Shown here piece after piece: positions 1 to 12,502 of a stretch of 64,000 nucleotides of DNA. The translations under genes and the position numbers were made by a program. Numbering within the stretch: the first letter of the stretch is position 1; the number at the start of each line of letters is the position of its first letter. Below the pieces are notes generated by a model that saw only the letters and a list, made by a program, of their open reading frames with translations, was not told where the DNA came from and searched no databases. Location: contig NC_043000.1 in assembly GCF_006345805.1 (NCBI RefSeq), positions 79,422,001 through 79,486,000 on the forward strand, given 5' to 3'. Source of the stretch: Octopus sinensis (taxonomy: Eukaryota).

Positions 1-1210
1 CACCTTCAAGGTGGGAATTAGTAATCATTACTCTAGCTTTAGACCTCAAGCAAAAACTAACAGCACTTCTCTATCTAGGTTCATTGCTAGCCTAACATGT
101 AATTCAGCAGAACACAAAATAAAATAGTCCATTGTTATGCATGTCAAACTATATAGTTGACATAACAACAAAAGCAATTTCTGTATTGCAGAAGACTTTA
201 TTATGCAATGCAACAACTGCATGAATGAAGTAACCTCATAGTTAACTGTAAACACAAATTACATAATAGATTCTTAAGGTACAAATGCTCACTCACCTGA
301 GCTAATCCTTCTGCATCTCCTCTACTTTGACTTCTCTAAATAATTTGCAACCATTACCATTTAGCATGCTTTTATATATTTCCTTAACCTCATTTGTGGT
401 CTCCTTATGTACTCTTCTTTCCAAATTTTTCTTGCTTGCTTAATATAAACACCCACTTTTTTATCTTTATTTCATTTCTTTCTTATTTTCTCCTCACAGA
501 TGCGAGTATGTATGTGCACTTATATATGTAGATGTTTGTGTGTGTATGTAGGTATATTCATATGCTTATGGATGCATGCACTCACCTTTGGGCACTCAGG
601 CATTTTTGTGTGTATACTTCCATACAAAAGAGTATAAGCACACTTGGTCATAGCCTGTACACATGTTTGCATGTGTGTGTGTTTGTGTGGCATTCTTATA
701 TCTACTACATATAACTAATATATTATTTTTAAACAACCAAGGGAAATAACCCTAATGTATTATCTTTAAACACCCAAAGGAAATAACCCATTCAATTATG
801 AAAGGGATCCTTATATATAGCGAAGGAAAATAACCCGTTCATGTTTGTAAATTATTTCGTATAAGTCAAACTGAGTAGGCTTTTTTCTTAGTACTTGGAC
901 TATTTGAGTTATTTTCACAATTTATCCAGTACAACGCTTAAACAAGTAAATAGTATTTTCCTAGACAATTAATCCACTTATTTTGGTTAGTGACTTATTC
1001 ACGAATATACCAACACTAGCATGGATGACGGTAATATTTTCTGCAAACGCACAAAATCTTTTTTCAGAGTTATTCACTTAAAATTGTTATTATCTCATAA
1101 CTGATTAGCCTGTTATTACGTAACCTGCTTCATGATTTTAGTTTACTTACCTTATTAATATTTCCTCCTAAATTATATATACTCTGGGAACGTATTAAAG
1201 AATATTTGCA

Positions 1211-2493
1211 GTGTACTTTGTTAATATAATGCTACTTACTCCATTACCAATTCGTCAGCAGATTATTAAGCTTCGAAGGAAGGATAATTTAAGTATTGGA
1301 TCTATTGCAAAGATTGTTAACAAGTCAAAAAGTGTTGTACACAGTATTCTTAAGGTCTACAATGATTGTGGTTCGTGTGAAGCAAGAAAGTTTACAGGTA
1401 GGCCACGAAAAACGACCAAGAGAGAAGATCGTGCTATGGTAAAGTTGGTTAAAAAGGACAGATTTAAAACTGCTGCTGCTGTTTCTCGGAAAATGAGCAT
1501 TGTACTGAAGAAAACGTTATCTCGAAAAACTGTGTCTCGTCATTTAGTTGAACATGACCAACAAGCAAGAGCACCTGCAGTGAAGCCACTGATCAGCTCC
1601 AAGAATAAAAAGTGTCGTCTTACCTTTGCAACCGAACATGGCAAATGGTGCATTTCAGTGATGAATCTAAGTTTATGCCATTTGGCTCAGATGGGAAAAG
1701 GTACGTTCGTAGAAAAGTAGGTGAAAAATTGTCGCCTAAATGCCTTAAGACTAGTGTTAAATTCGATGAAGGAAGTGTCATGGTTTGGGGGATGATATCT
1801 GGAGATGGTGTGGGCCCTTTGGTGCGATTACATGGAAAGGTAAATGCAGGAGTTTATAAACAACTTGTAAAAGATTATGTCTTGCCTGTGCTGAGAAATT
1901 CAACTAAGCGACCACCCATATTCATGCAGGACAATGCCCCATGTCACAAAGCTAAGGTGGTCATGAACTTCCTTAAGGCTGAAAAGGTTATTGTTATGGA
2001 TTGGCCTGCTCAAAGCCCAGATCTCAAGCCTATTGAAAATGTATGGAATATTCTAGGAGAACGTTCGAAAGCCAGAAATCCTAAAACAACTGAGCAATTA
2101 TGGAATGCCCTTCAGGAAGAATGGAATAAGATCACCCAGCAAGAAATTGAAAATTTAATTTCCTCATGCAGTCAAAGATGTCAGAGTGTGATTGAAGCTA
2201 AAGGGCTTCACACTAAATATTAAATAATTCCAGTATTCTCTGTCATTTTTGATTATTTTGTTATTTTTTCAACCGTTCTGATCATTTTGGCTGCCATTGG
2301 TTTTGCAGTAAATCACTAAATCATCCATAACTTTTGTATTATCCTCTCAAATTACACCAAAATCTCAGAAAATAACAATTAATATTGTATTTATTGTCTG
2401 TGAAAATTATAGAATATAAAACTACTTTGATAAAAACTTATACTTACTTTTCTGACGAAAACAATGCCGTTCTGAACATTTTGGTCGCAACTG
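1211..2493 (+). mobile_element. Tc1-family DNA transposon, frameshifted DD34E transposase; right TIR present, left end not found
   Basis: ORF 1211-1720 gives HTH/Tc3-type N-terminus (GRPRKTTKREDR); ORF 1612-2223 gives FSDESKF...VMVWG...FMQDNAPCH...WPAQSPDLKPIENVW...GLHTKY; element ends ...TTTTGGTCGCAACTG followed by TA at 2494-2495. Confidence 0.93.
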
Positions 2494-2605
2494 TATATAT
2501 GACTTTTTCAATTCCCGAGCTTTATACTAATACATCTGTTTGTTTTCTACACCACTGGTCCTCGTCTTTTGTTTCTTTTTGTGAATTCTCCCTATATATA
2601 TACTG

Positions 2606-2720
<115 letters not shown>

Positions 2721-3256
2721 TTATCATCGTATATATATATCTGTATTCATTTATACTGATATATCTATCTATCTATATGTGTGTGTGTGTATAATAAATG
2801 TATATAATTTAGAGAAAAACCTCTATTAAATTCAATAAAGAAAGATGTTATTCAAACCATATAAAAAAAAACCCTTATTTTAAAAATCAATAAAGTACAA
2901 TAAACAGTAAATAGTAGTAAATAGACTACGCATGTTTCATGGCTATATTTTTAAAATAGATAATAATAATAAAATCAATTCGATTCAAAATTAAATCGAA
3001 CTATTGGGAGGTGATTGTTTAGATGAAGAAGCTAGAGTAGGATTTGTACAGGCTCAAATGTCTACCACAACTGGTAAAAAGAAACGATCGTAAATGTACT
3101 ATTATTACCACTTTTCTTTATTGATATATATATATATATACATACATTGATTTATATATATATAAATACATATATTGATATACATATATATATATATCAC
3201 TTTGATCACTTTGACCGACCAGTCCATCAGGCGTCCATTTGACACAGCTGGTCACG

Positions 3257-3298
<42 letters not shown>

Positions 3299-3738
3299 CA
3301 ACTTAAACTACTTACACACAATCACCTCTCAACCCCCACTCACTTTACACCACCCATAATAAATTATTTTACACCAACACAGGGCTTCCTCTATTACTAT
3401 GAATGTCCTACAACTTTAAGTCCAAAAGACATAAATTCCTTACTCACCCCAAACTGAGTAATCCGGATAGAATAAACCCTCTTTGCACCATGAGTTAGAG
3501 TTAATACCCTCTCTTTACACTGCCAGTGAAAAGTCTAACCAGAATAAGCATGAGGAAAATATGCTCTTACTTAAACTTGAGACTATAGATCAAATTAACC
3601 TCCATCCTACATCCACTGTGTAGCTGAATTATCAGCTAAGAAATCTACTATAATGTAAGACTCACCATTCTTTGTCTTTATTCTCATTATCAATGGATCC
3701 CTATGTCTTTTGCTCTTCTTACCTCTACATATGACTAT

Positions 3739-3791
3739 GCATTCTGATGATGTCTACCACCACAACTGGTAAGCAAAAACGATCGTAAATG
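3739..3791 (+). ncRNA. Minimal type I hammerhead ribozyme motif, G12 mutated
   Basis: CATT-CTGATGA-[TGTCTACCA/TGGTAAGCA hairpin]-AAAAC-GATC-GTA-AATG; stem I CATT/AATG. Confidence 0.7.
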
Positions 3792-4242
3792 AACTATTAC
3801 TACCACTTTACTAGCGCAAACAACCAGCTTCTTCCTGTTACTATTCCTCCATTTTCGTCTTGCATATAATCTAAACTACGGTTTACCCACTGAATTACCT
3901 GCTACCGTATACCTTTACCAAGGACTGTACCTACGCAGCTAATCACCTGGAGCGCATTTGGATTAAACCATCCCTTAGAGGTTTTAAACACCTCTAACTT
4001 ATACCTACATAATTTATAAACCTCAAATAGGCACATACTGGATAAATGGAGCAAATAACAATAGAAGCATCCTTAAAAGATATAATGATTCCACCCAAAA
4101 ATGTATACCTTAAAGAAGTCATCAGCAAAATAACAAATTTCACACACAGTTTAAATTAGAAGGCCTCATTTTATGACAAAAATACCCAGCCTGATTCACA
4201 ACACCAGTGCAACAATAATGACATCACCAAAGGAGTCTTTAA

Positions 4243-5490
4243 CCCTTTCGTTACTAACCCGGCCGAAAAATCTTTTGGTTCATAATACCAACCCGGCCGA
4301 GAGAACCTATTGTGATTTAAATGTAAATTTGAACCCAAATCTCATTGGTACATTCGTTAAAACACATGATTTCACTTTGTAAATAGTTGGGTTATAGTAT
4401 CCAATATTGCTTGACATGATATCTCAACTCAGTGAATTTTGGGAGATTTTTTTCCACATTTTTTTGGCATCGATTTTTCTTCAACTTTGAAAATGGATAG
4501 GAGTTTCATGTTATCAAGCATTGATTCCGAACTTAAAGCTTTTTCAGCGGAAAATAGGGAGATATCAAGAAAAAGAATGAATGAGGTACAAAAGCATGTG
4601 GTGTACAATAATGAATAGGATATTTTTGTATCCGAAAATGAAAGCAGCGATTCTGAAGAAAGAAAGCGGTGATAGCGATAGCAAAGATGATTTTACATCG
4701 GAATGAAGTAAAAACTTTAAAAATGTTTTTATTAGCAATTTTTCTGAGGAGATAGAGTTTATCTATAGTCTTTCTTAAGAAGCCAAACCGTTGGACTTAT
4801 ATTTTTTTCAGTATGCTTGTTGGAAGCGATCACTGTGGAAACAAACTGTTTCACAGAATGTAAACAAACACAAAATGGGGGATCAAAGTTCGGAAAATTT
4901 GTGAAGCAAATACTGGGTACAGCTGTGGATTTAGTTTTTATACAGGGAAAATAATGTTAGTCAGCATGGCCTAGAGAATGATGTGGTTTGGAATTTATCA
5001 CTTCCATACCATAACCAGGGCCGTATATTAATTTTTGACCAATTTCTTTAGTTCAGTCAAACTTGCGGTGGATTCCAATATTTCAGTTTATTTCACCTTT
5101 ATGGTACACCTGTTCTGTTGCGCATTAAATTCAACTGATGATCTAGTGATATGCACAATTCTTCTATATCAAAATTTTGTTGCATACCCAATTGAATATT
5201 AGCTGATGATTCATTTTCTATGGTGATGTTTAAACAATATTTTAATATTTTTACCTTTTGCTCAGTTTACCTGGATTTACCTGTAATTAAAGTCACTTTG
5301 AGACAAAAGTTATGCAAAAGAATTGATTAAGAACCCTTTCTTTAATTATGTTCCAAATGTCACATTAATATGTTGATAAGTAAAAAAGTTACAGTTATTT
5401 AATAAAACAAGCCTAAATTCATGATTATTTCAGAATTTAATTGAAACTCATGAGGGGTGTATTTTGGTCAGAAATATAGTAACAAAAGGG
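4243..5490 (+). mobile_element. Internally deleted piggyBac transposon
   Basis: TTAA at 4239-4242, TIR CCCTTTCGTTACT / AGTAACAAAAGGG (1 mismatch; right TSD degenerate); remnants KWGIKVRKICEANTGYSCGFSFYTGK and GLENDVVWNLSLPYHNQGRILIFDQF. Confidence 0.9.
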
Positions 5491-6460
5491 TAAGACTAGG
5501 AAAACAGCCACTTAGATACTTTTGAAAACGAAATATGGGATAACATCAAGAACCTACAATTCAAATGACACCCACTAAGAAATAACAGCTACCAAAAGAA
5601 CCTAAAAGACCTACTACACAAGTTCAAATCACAAAACGGAATTATTGTTCACTCCAATAAAACAAGGAACTGCTACACTCTGGATGTTGATACCACCAAC
5701 TGCTACATAAGGAAATTACAAAAAATACAAAATAGCACCAGATACCACCTTCAGATCTATGAACTTAGCAGCCAAGGACATTATGAAAGACTACAACTTG
5801 GAGGATAAAACTGAACCCTACATGCCATCCAGACCTCAAATCACACTAAAAAGACCATAAACCTAATTTTTTAACCGGTACTAAAGTAAGATTAATATGC
5901 CCAAATAAATCGGACCTATGTAAATTAAGTAAACTAATACTCAACAAATACATCCCTAAGTTAAAAAATAGAATAGCCCTACAATAATGGTCCAACACAT
6001 ATGAATCCCTAAACTGGTTCTCCAATATACAGAACACGAGGAACTACAAATTCATACAGATAGTTATAATAGATTACTACTCCTCAATTAACCCTAGTCC
6101 TAAACAGCACCCTAATATTTGCCAAAAATCACACGAATTTAACTATGAAGGAAATAAAAGTAATACTAGAAGCAAGGAAATCAGTTATAAGCTTCTATAA
6201 TAAACATTGTGTATGATAGGACTCCCCTAACTCTTTTGATATCACCATGAGAGCCCCAGATTCAGCACAGGTAACTGACCTGGTGGGCACTTATTTGCTA
6301 TGATACATACAGGATGAATTCTCAGAACTCAATGTTGGATTATATAGGGACGATGCGCGTTTTATAATAAATAAACCCTCAAATAAGAAACTAGAGCTTA
6401 CTAAAAAAAAACTACCAGAAGAACCTTTGGAATTTAACCATCGCTTAGAGGTTTTAAACA

Positions 6461-6506
<46 letters not shown>

Positions 6507-6532
6507 ATATATACATGCAATATATATATATA

Positions 6533-8927
6533 TCATCATCGTTTAACATCCGTTTTCCATGCTAGCATGGGTTGGACAGTTCAACTGGGGTCTGGGAAGC
6601 CAGAAGGCTGCGCCAGGTCCAGTCTGATCTGGCAGTGTTTCTAAAGCTGGATGCCCTTCATAATGTCAACCACTCCGTGAGTGTAGTGAGTGTTTTTTAC
6701 GTGCCACCTGCACAGGTGCCAGGCGAGGCTAGCAAACAGCCACGATCGGATGGTGCTTTTTATGTGCCACCGGCTCAGAGCCAGACGAGGCTGGCAACGG
6801 CCACGTTCGGATGGTTTCCTTATGGGCCACCGGCACTGGTATCACAGCTACAATTTCCATTGATGTTGATCGATTTTGATTTTCACTTGCCTCAACAGGT
6901 CTTCACAACTAGGGTTTGTGTCAAAAGAAGGAAAGATATGCATAAGTGGGCTGGCTATGTCCCAGGTAGAGGTCACGGGTTATGGTCTCACTTGTCCTGC
7001 CAGGTCTTCCCACGCACAGCATACTTCCAAAGGTCTCGGTCTCTGGTCATTTCCTCGGTGAGACCTAAAGTTCGAAGGTCGTGCTTCACCACCTCATCCC
7101 AGGTTTTCCTGGGTCTACCTCTTCCACAGATTCCCTCAATTGCTAGGGTGTGGCACTTTTTCACACAACTATCTACATCCATTCTCGTTACATGACCATA
7201 GCAGCGCAAACATCTCTCTTGCACACCACAACAGATGCTTCTTAGGTCCAACTTTTCTCTCAAGGTACTTACACTCTGTCGAGTATGAACACTGACATTA
7301 CACATCCATTGGAGCATACTAGCTTCATTTCTTGCAAGCTTACGCATATCCTCAGTAGTCAAGGCCCAAGTTTCACTGCCATGTAGCTATCAACAATTTC
7401 TAGTTTTTCTCCCTGGAATGTGGCAGAAGTTGGTCTCTGAGCATTTTCAGTGTTTATTGCTCCTGAGCATCTGCCACATACAATAACTATCTTCCCAGTT
7501 AGCCTTCCTTTGACCTTGCTGCACCTCTTATGTGTCCATAGCTTACACTTGGTGCATCTTATAGAGTTTCTACTTACGCCATTTCTACAGATTGAGCAGG
7601 GCCATCTACCTGAAGGCGTTTGTGATTTGCCTGCCTTCCTACATATTAGGACTTTGGTTTTAGCTAGGTTGATTTTAAGGCACTTCGATTCTAATCCTTG
7701 CCTCCACACTTGAAACTTTGCCTCTAGTTCTAATAGTGACTCAGCAATTACAGCAAGGTCATCAGCATAGAGGAGCCCCCAGGGGCATCCTGTCTTGAAT
7801 TCCTCCATTATTGCCTGGAGGACTATGATAAATAGGAGAGGGCCGAGACCTGAATTCTTTAGTGTACTCGTTGCCAACTCTCACCTTACTTACAGTGTCT
7901 CTGTACATGGCTTGCACAGCTCTCACTAACCATTCGTCTATCCCTAGTTTCCTCATTGACCACCAGATAAGGGATCGGGGGACACTGTCAAAGGCTTTCT
8001 CCATATCAACGAAAGCCAGGTACAGGGGCTTATCTTTGCCTAGGTATTTCTCCTGCAGCTGTCTTACCAGAAATATGGCATCAGTGGTGCTTTTCCCTGG
8101 CATGAAACCAAACTGCATCTCATCCAAGCTGACTCTTTCCCTAATCAGTTGGGCTATGACCCTCTCCGTAACCTTCATTACCTGATCCAACAGCTTGATA
8201 CCTCTGTAATTATTTGTATCTAAAGCGTCACCTTTACCTTTGTAGCAGTTGACTATTATGCTGCAACACCAGTCATTGGGTATGACTCCTTCGTGTATCA
8301 CCTGATTAACTATATGGGTGACTAGGCTATAGCCGACACTACCAGATATTTTAAGCATCTCTGCAGTAATTCCTGATGGGCCTGGGGCTTTCCCTGTCTT
8401 CACGCTTCTAATTGCCTTAACTACTAAGGAACTGTCAACTCGGATAGCTGGTCCCTCTGTTGGGTTGACATTCGGCAGACTCTCTTTATCCCATTCATTT
8501 TCCTTATTTCGCAGCCTCTCATAATGGTGTCTCCAAACCTCTCTCTTTGCATCCTCATTCAGCGCAAGTGAGCCATCATTCATGCAAACACATTTCTCTC
8601 CCACCATATCATGATTCTCTCTCACACACTGTCTTGCAACACGAAATACCTTAATTCTTTGGTCCTCACGGCGCAGAACATTGGCAATTTTTTTCTTATC
8701 TGCTCCCCTTCTGGCTAAATAAACCTGTCTCCTAGCTTCTCTTTTGGTAGTCTGATACAATTCCCTGCTACCACCATTTATCCAGTCCTTCCAAGCCTGT
8801 CTCTTATCTCTAATAGCCCTGTCTACAACATTGTTCCACCACCACGTTATTTTGGGTCGAGAGGGGACTTTGTACCATCCACAGATCTGGTCAGTGGCTC
8901 TCAGCAGGTTGTCCCTAAGAAACCTCA

Positions 8928-8928
<1 letters not shown>
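6533..8928 (-). mobile_element. 5'-truncated RTE-clade LINE (RT pseudogene, PHD-like finger, 3'UTR tandem array, (GAT)n tail)
   Basis: ORFs 7762-8928, 7359-7877 and 6988-7362: KAPGPSG, NYRGIKLL, QFGFMPGKSTTDAIF, AFVDMEKAFDSVP, LLYADD, GRGRPRKTW; (ATC)n at 6533. Confidence 0.95.
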
Positions 8929-8969
<41 letters not shown>

Positions 8970-10489
8970 CATACATACATATATATATATATATATGTAT
9001 GTCTGTGTATACATATATATTTCTCTCTCTATCACTTGTGAATTAATATATATTTTTCTTTTTCATATATTCGTCTTTGTTTCTTACCTTTTTTCGATTG
9101 CCTCTCCTACACCAGGCAAAATTTTGAGTGGAGAAATTCTGTTGAACACACCAGCCTATCCTGTCTTTGATCGTCGTCTCTCCTTGAAAAAAAACTCTTT
9201 TGGTTTTGTCTCCACTTTTATTCTCTAACATAGTCTTGTTCATCAGCTCTAAGCTTCTGGCAAATAATATATATATTTACTCGTTTTTCAATAATATTGT
9301 TATGTATATGTATAACCCTTTATGGCTTTTTTATGCTAGTGAAATTTTACACTGTACTCTAATAAACACATGTGACCTTGTTTACACTGAATTTTGTATA
9401 GAACGGTGTTAATTATTATTATTTTATTAAACACGTGTTAGATTATTATATTATAGTTTCACTGCACATATACACTTACATACATATTGATATATTTTTC
9501 TTTTTCGTCTCTCTCACCATTGTTATTGTTGATATCATTTTTCTTGTTCACAACTTCGTTTGTAAATTACCTGATTTCCTTTATTGCCCCATCTGAGCTC
9601 TCATTGTATCTTATTTTATTTTTATCTCCATAAACTTTTTTAATGTTCTTCAAAAGATTCCTCACTGATGAGAATGAGAATGCACAAATTAAATTTTAAA
9701 TTTTATTTTTACATTTAATTTTAACTTTTTATTTTCAATTAAAATTTTTCTAACATTTTTGCATTTTTTTTTAAATGTACGTATGCATCGAATCCAGTTT
9801 TATAATAAATCTATTTCTGTTTCAACATCTTTTCCCCATTTTTTATAACTGTTTATGGTATATTCTTATATCTATAAGGAATCGCTTGAAATATTATTTT
9901 TATATTCATATTACCTGTTTTGGCTGATTTTCATGAATATGATGAATCCTTATTAGAAATCACCGTTTCTCTCTTTTTGGATCCCCCACAAAATTTGAAC
10001 TGTTCTTTTTGAACTTACCTTTTCTCCTATATATACATATACACAAACACATACATATATATACACACACATATACACATCCATACATATATATACATAC
10101 ATATATTATATATATATATATACACACATACATTTATATATATACGCATACATACATTTATATATATATATACACATATGTACATTTATATATATACGCA
10201 TACATACATTTATATATATATACACATATGTACATTTATATATATAGATATGTACATTTATATAAATACATACATACATATATTTATACATATACATACA
10301 TACATACATATATTTATATATATACATACATACATACATATATTTATATACCATGCATTACCCCTCTCGTGATATCCTACGTTCTACTTGTCTAGAACCT
10401 GTCATCGTTTCTCCGAACACCCCTCCCCACTGGTGCTCCCCTATATTTCTGCACCCTCCCCCCCACATAAAAAGCACCAACTGACCGTG

Positions 10490-10706
10490 GCCGATGCCAG
10501 ACCCCTCTGGCACCTGTGCAGGTGGCACGTAAAAAGCACCCACTACACTCGCGGAGTGGTTGGTGTTAGGAAGGGCATCCAGCTGTAGAAACACTGCCAG
10601 ACCAGACTGGAGCCTGGGGCAGCCCCTGGCTCCCCAGACCCCGGTCGAAACCGTCCAACCCGTGCTAGCGCGGAAAACGGACGTTAAACGATGATGATGA
10701 TGATGA
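10490..10706 (+). mobile_element. RTE 3' terminal fragment with (GAT)n tail
   Basis: Matches the 3' end of the 6533-8928 element (AGGAAGGGCATCCAGCTGTAGAAAC...GGACGTTAAACGATGATG). Confidence 0.85.
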
Positions 10707-10727
10707 TACATACATACATATATTTAT

Positions 10728-10915
10728 AAAGTTAATCCAAACAAAGAAAGCACAAAAAAACACAACAACGCGAGGACGTGGAACAATTATAGTATTATTG
10801 GATGCTCAGGAAAGAAGGAAGGTTTAACGTTTCGAGTGGAGCTCTTCGTTGGAAATATAGGAGAAGGAAAGACAGAGGAAAAAAAGTCGCCAATGGTACA
10901 CATTTTGAAAGACAT
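10728..10915 (-). mobile_element. Short (TA)n-embedded repeat with a degenerate minimal hammerhead
   Basis: Minus strand TTT-CCAACGA-A-GAGC.TCC.ACTC-GAAACGTT-AAA at 10822-10856; related to 17945-18150 and 43245-43330. Confidence 0.55.
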
Positions 10916-11029
10916 AATTATACATTTATACACGTGCATAAATTTGTATATATATATATATATATATATACACATACAAATATTGATATATATATATACA
11001 CACACACATACATGTATTGATATATATAT

Positions 11030-11770
11030 ATCATCATCATCATCGTTTAACATCCGTTTTCCATGCTAGCATGGGTTGGATGGTTTGACTGGGGTCTGGG
11101 AAGCCAGGCTCCAGTCTGATATGGCAGTGTTTCTACAGTTGGATGCCCTTCCTAATGCCAACCACTCCGTGAGTATAGTGGGTGCTTTTTACGTGTCACC
11201 AGCACAGGCACCAGGGGAGGCGGGCAACGGCCATGATCAGTTGGTGCTTTTTACGTGCCACTGGCATGGAAGCCAGTCAAGGCGGCGTTGGCATCGGCCA
11301 TGTATGGATGGTGCTTTTAACGTGCCACCGGCACAGGTATCACGGCTACGATTTCCATTTGATTTTTTTTTATGTTGATGTACTTGACTCAATAGGTTGC
11401 CTTAAGCACAGCAGGCCGTCCTGCGATCCAAGACACTTTGGATGGGCTGGGGATGTGAAGCTGGTGCAAGAATCAGCCATGAACTTACGTTATTTGTCGG
11501 GTCTTCGCAGTCACAGCATATCTCCAGAGGTCTCAGTCCTTCGTCATTGCCTCTGTGAGACCCAACATTCGATGGTCATGCTTGACCACCTCATCCAATG
11601 TCTTCCTGGGTTTACCTCTACCCTGGATTCCTTGGGAGTGGCACTTCTTCACACATCTCCTCATCCATCCGTAGTACATGACCATACCAGTGCAGACGTC
11701 TCTCTTGCACGCCACATCCAATGTTTCTTATGTCCAGCATTTCTCTCAGGGCACTTACACTCATTTATGC
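11030..11770 (-). mobile_element. RTE 3' fragment
   Basis: GRGKPRKTLDEVVKHD (ORF 11533-11721), 3'UTR array and (ATC)n tail. Confidence 0.88.
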
Positions 11771-11961
11771 ATATACGTTAAATCACATTATAAAAGTAAT
11801 AATAAAAATAATAATTAAATAGATATACATATCATAACTAATAATTATCAAGAAACTATATATAAATAAATATTTTAACAATAATAATCAAACATAATAC
11901 AATTCAAAAATTAAATAATATTGTTATATAAATACGTTACTTATATATATATAATAAATGC

Positions 11962-12042
<81 letters not shown>

Positions 12043-12084
12043 GTAAATATATGCATATGTATGTATGTATGTGTGTATATATAT

Positions 12085-12301
12085 TCTTTTACTTGTTTCA
12101 GTCATTTGACTGCAGCCATGCTGGAGCACCACCTTTAGTCGAGCAAATCGACCCTGGGACTTATTCTTTGTATGCCCAGTACTTATCTATCGGTCGCTTT
12201 TGCCGAACCGCTAAGTGACGGCGATGTAAATACACCAGCATTGGTTGTCAAGCAATGCTAGGGGCACAAACACAGACACATAAACATACACACACACACA
12301 C

Positions 12302-12334
<33 letters not shown>

Positions 12335-12418
12335 TATATACGATGGGCTTCTTTCAGTTTCTGTCTACCAAATCCACTCACAAGGCTTTGGTCGCCCCGA
12401 GGCTATAGTAGAAGACAC
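12085..12418 (-). mobile_element. tRNA-derived SINE, 5' head missing
   Basis: Body GTGTCTTCTACTATAGCCTCGG...AAAGCCTTGTGAGTGGATTTGGTAGAC, internal microsatellite, tail ...CCAGCATGGCTGCAGTCAAATGACTGAAACAAGTAAAAG; many copies in the window. Confidence 0.88.
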
Positions 12419-12502
12419 TATATATATATACATATATTTACACATATATATATACATATACATATATTTACACATGCATATATATATATATATATATATA
12501 TA

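Larger units (their letters stand above)
3050..6463 (+). mobile_element. Penelope-like retroelement, degenerate N-terminal region plus RT, truncated after the YRDD motif and interrupted by a piggyBac
   Basis: Manual translation of 5520-6420: FENEIWDNIKNLQF, HSNKTRN, TLKDHKPNF..KVRLICPNKSDL, FDITMRAPDSAQVTDLVG, VGLYRDD, typical of Penelope RT; hammerhead-like motif upstream; boundaries approximate. Confidence 0.82.

Noticed and set aside
290-445. Minus-strand segment ending in a perfect CAG|GTGAGT donor
   Set aside because: All three frames contain a stop before the donor; possibly UTR or a decayed LINE, unsupported
9040-9990. AT-rich Penelope-like region with CTGATGA at about 9665
   Set aside because: No GAAA in register, no stem I partner and no clear protein motif
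10009-10395. Numerous YI/IY/CV/HT-rich ORFs here and at 3118-3457, 11941-12726, 14790-15244, 19685-22700, 33100-38400, 60468-61090
   Set aside because: Translations of (TA)n/(CA)n microsatellites, which lack stop codons in some frames; not genes
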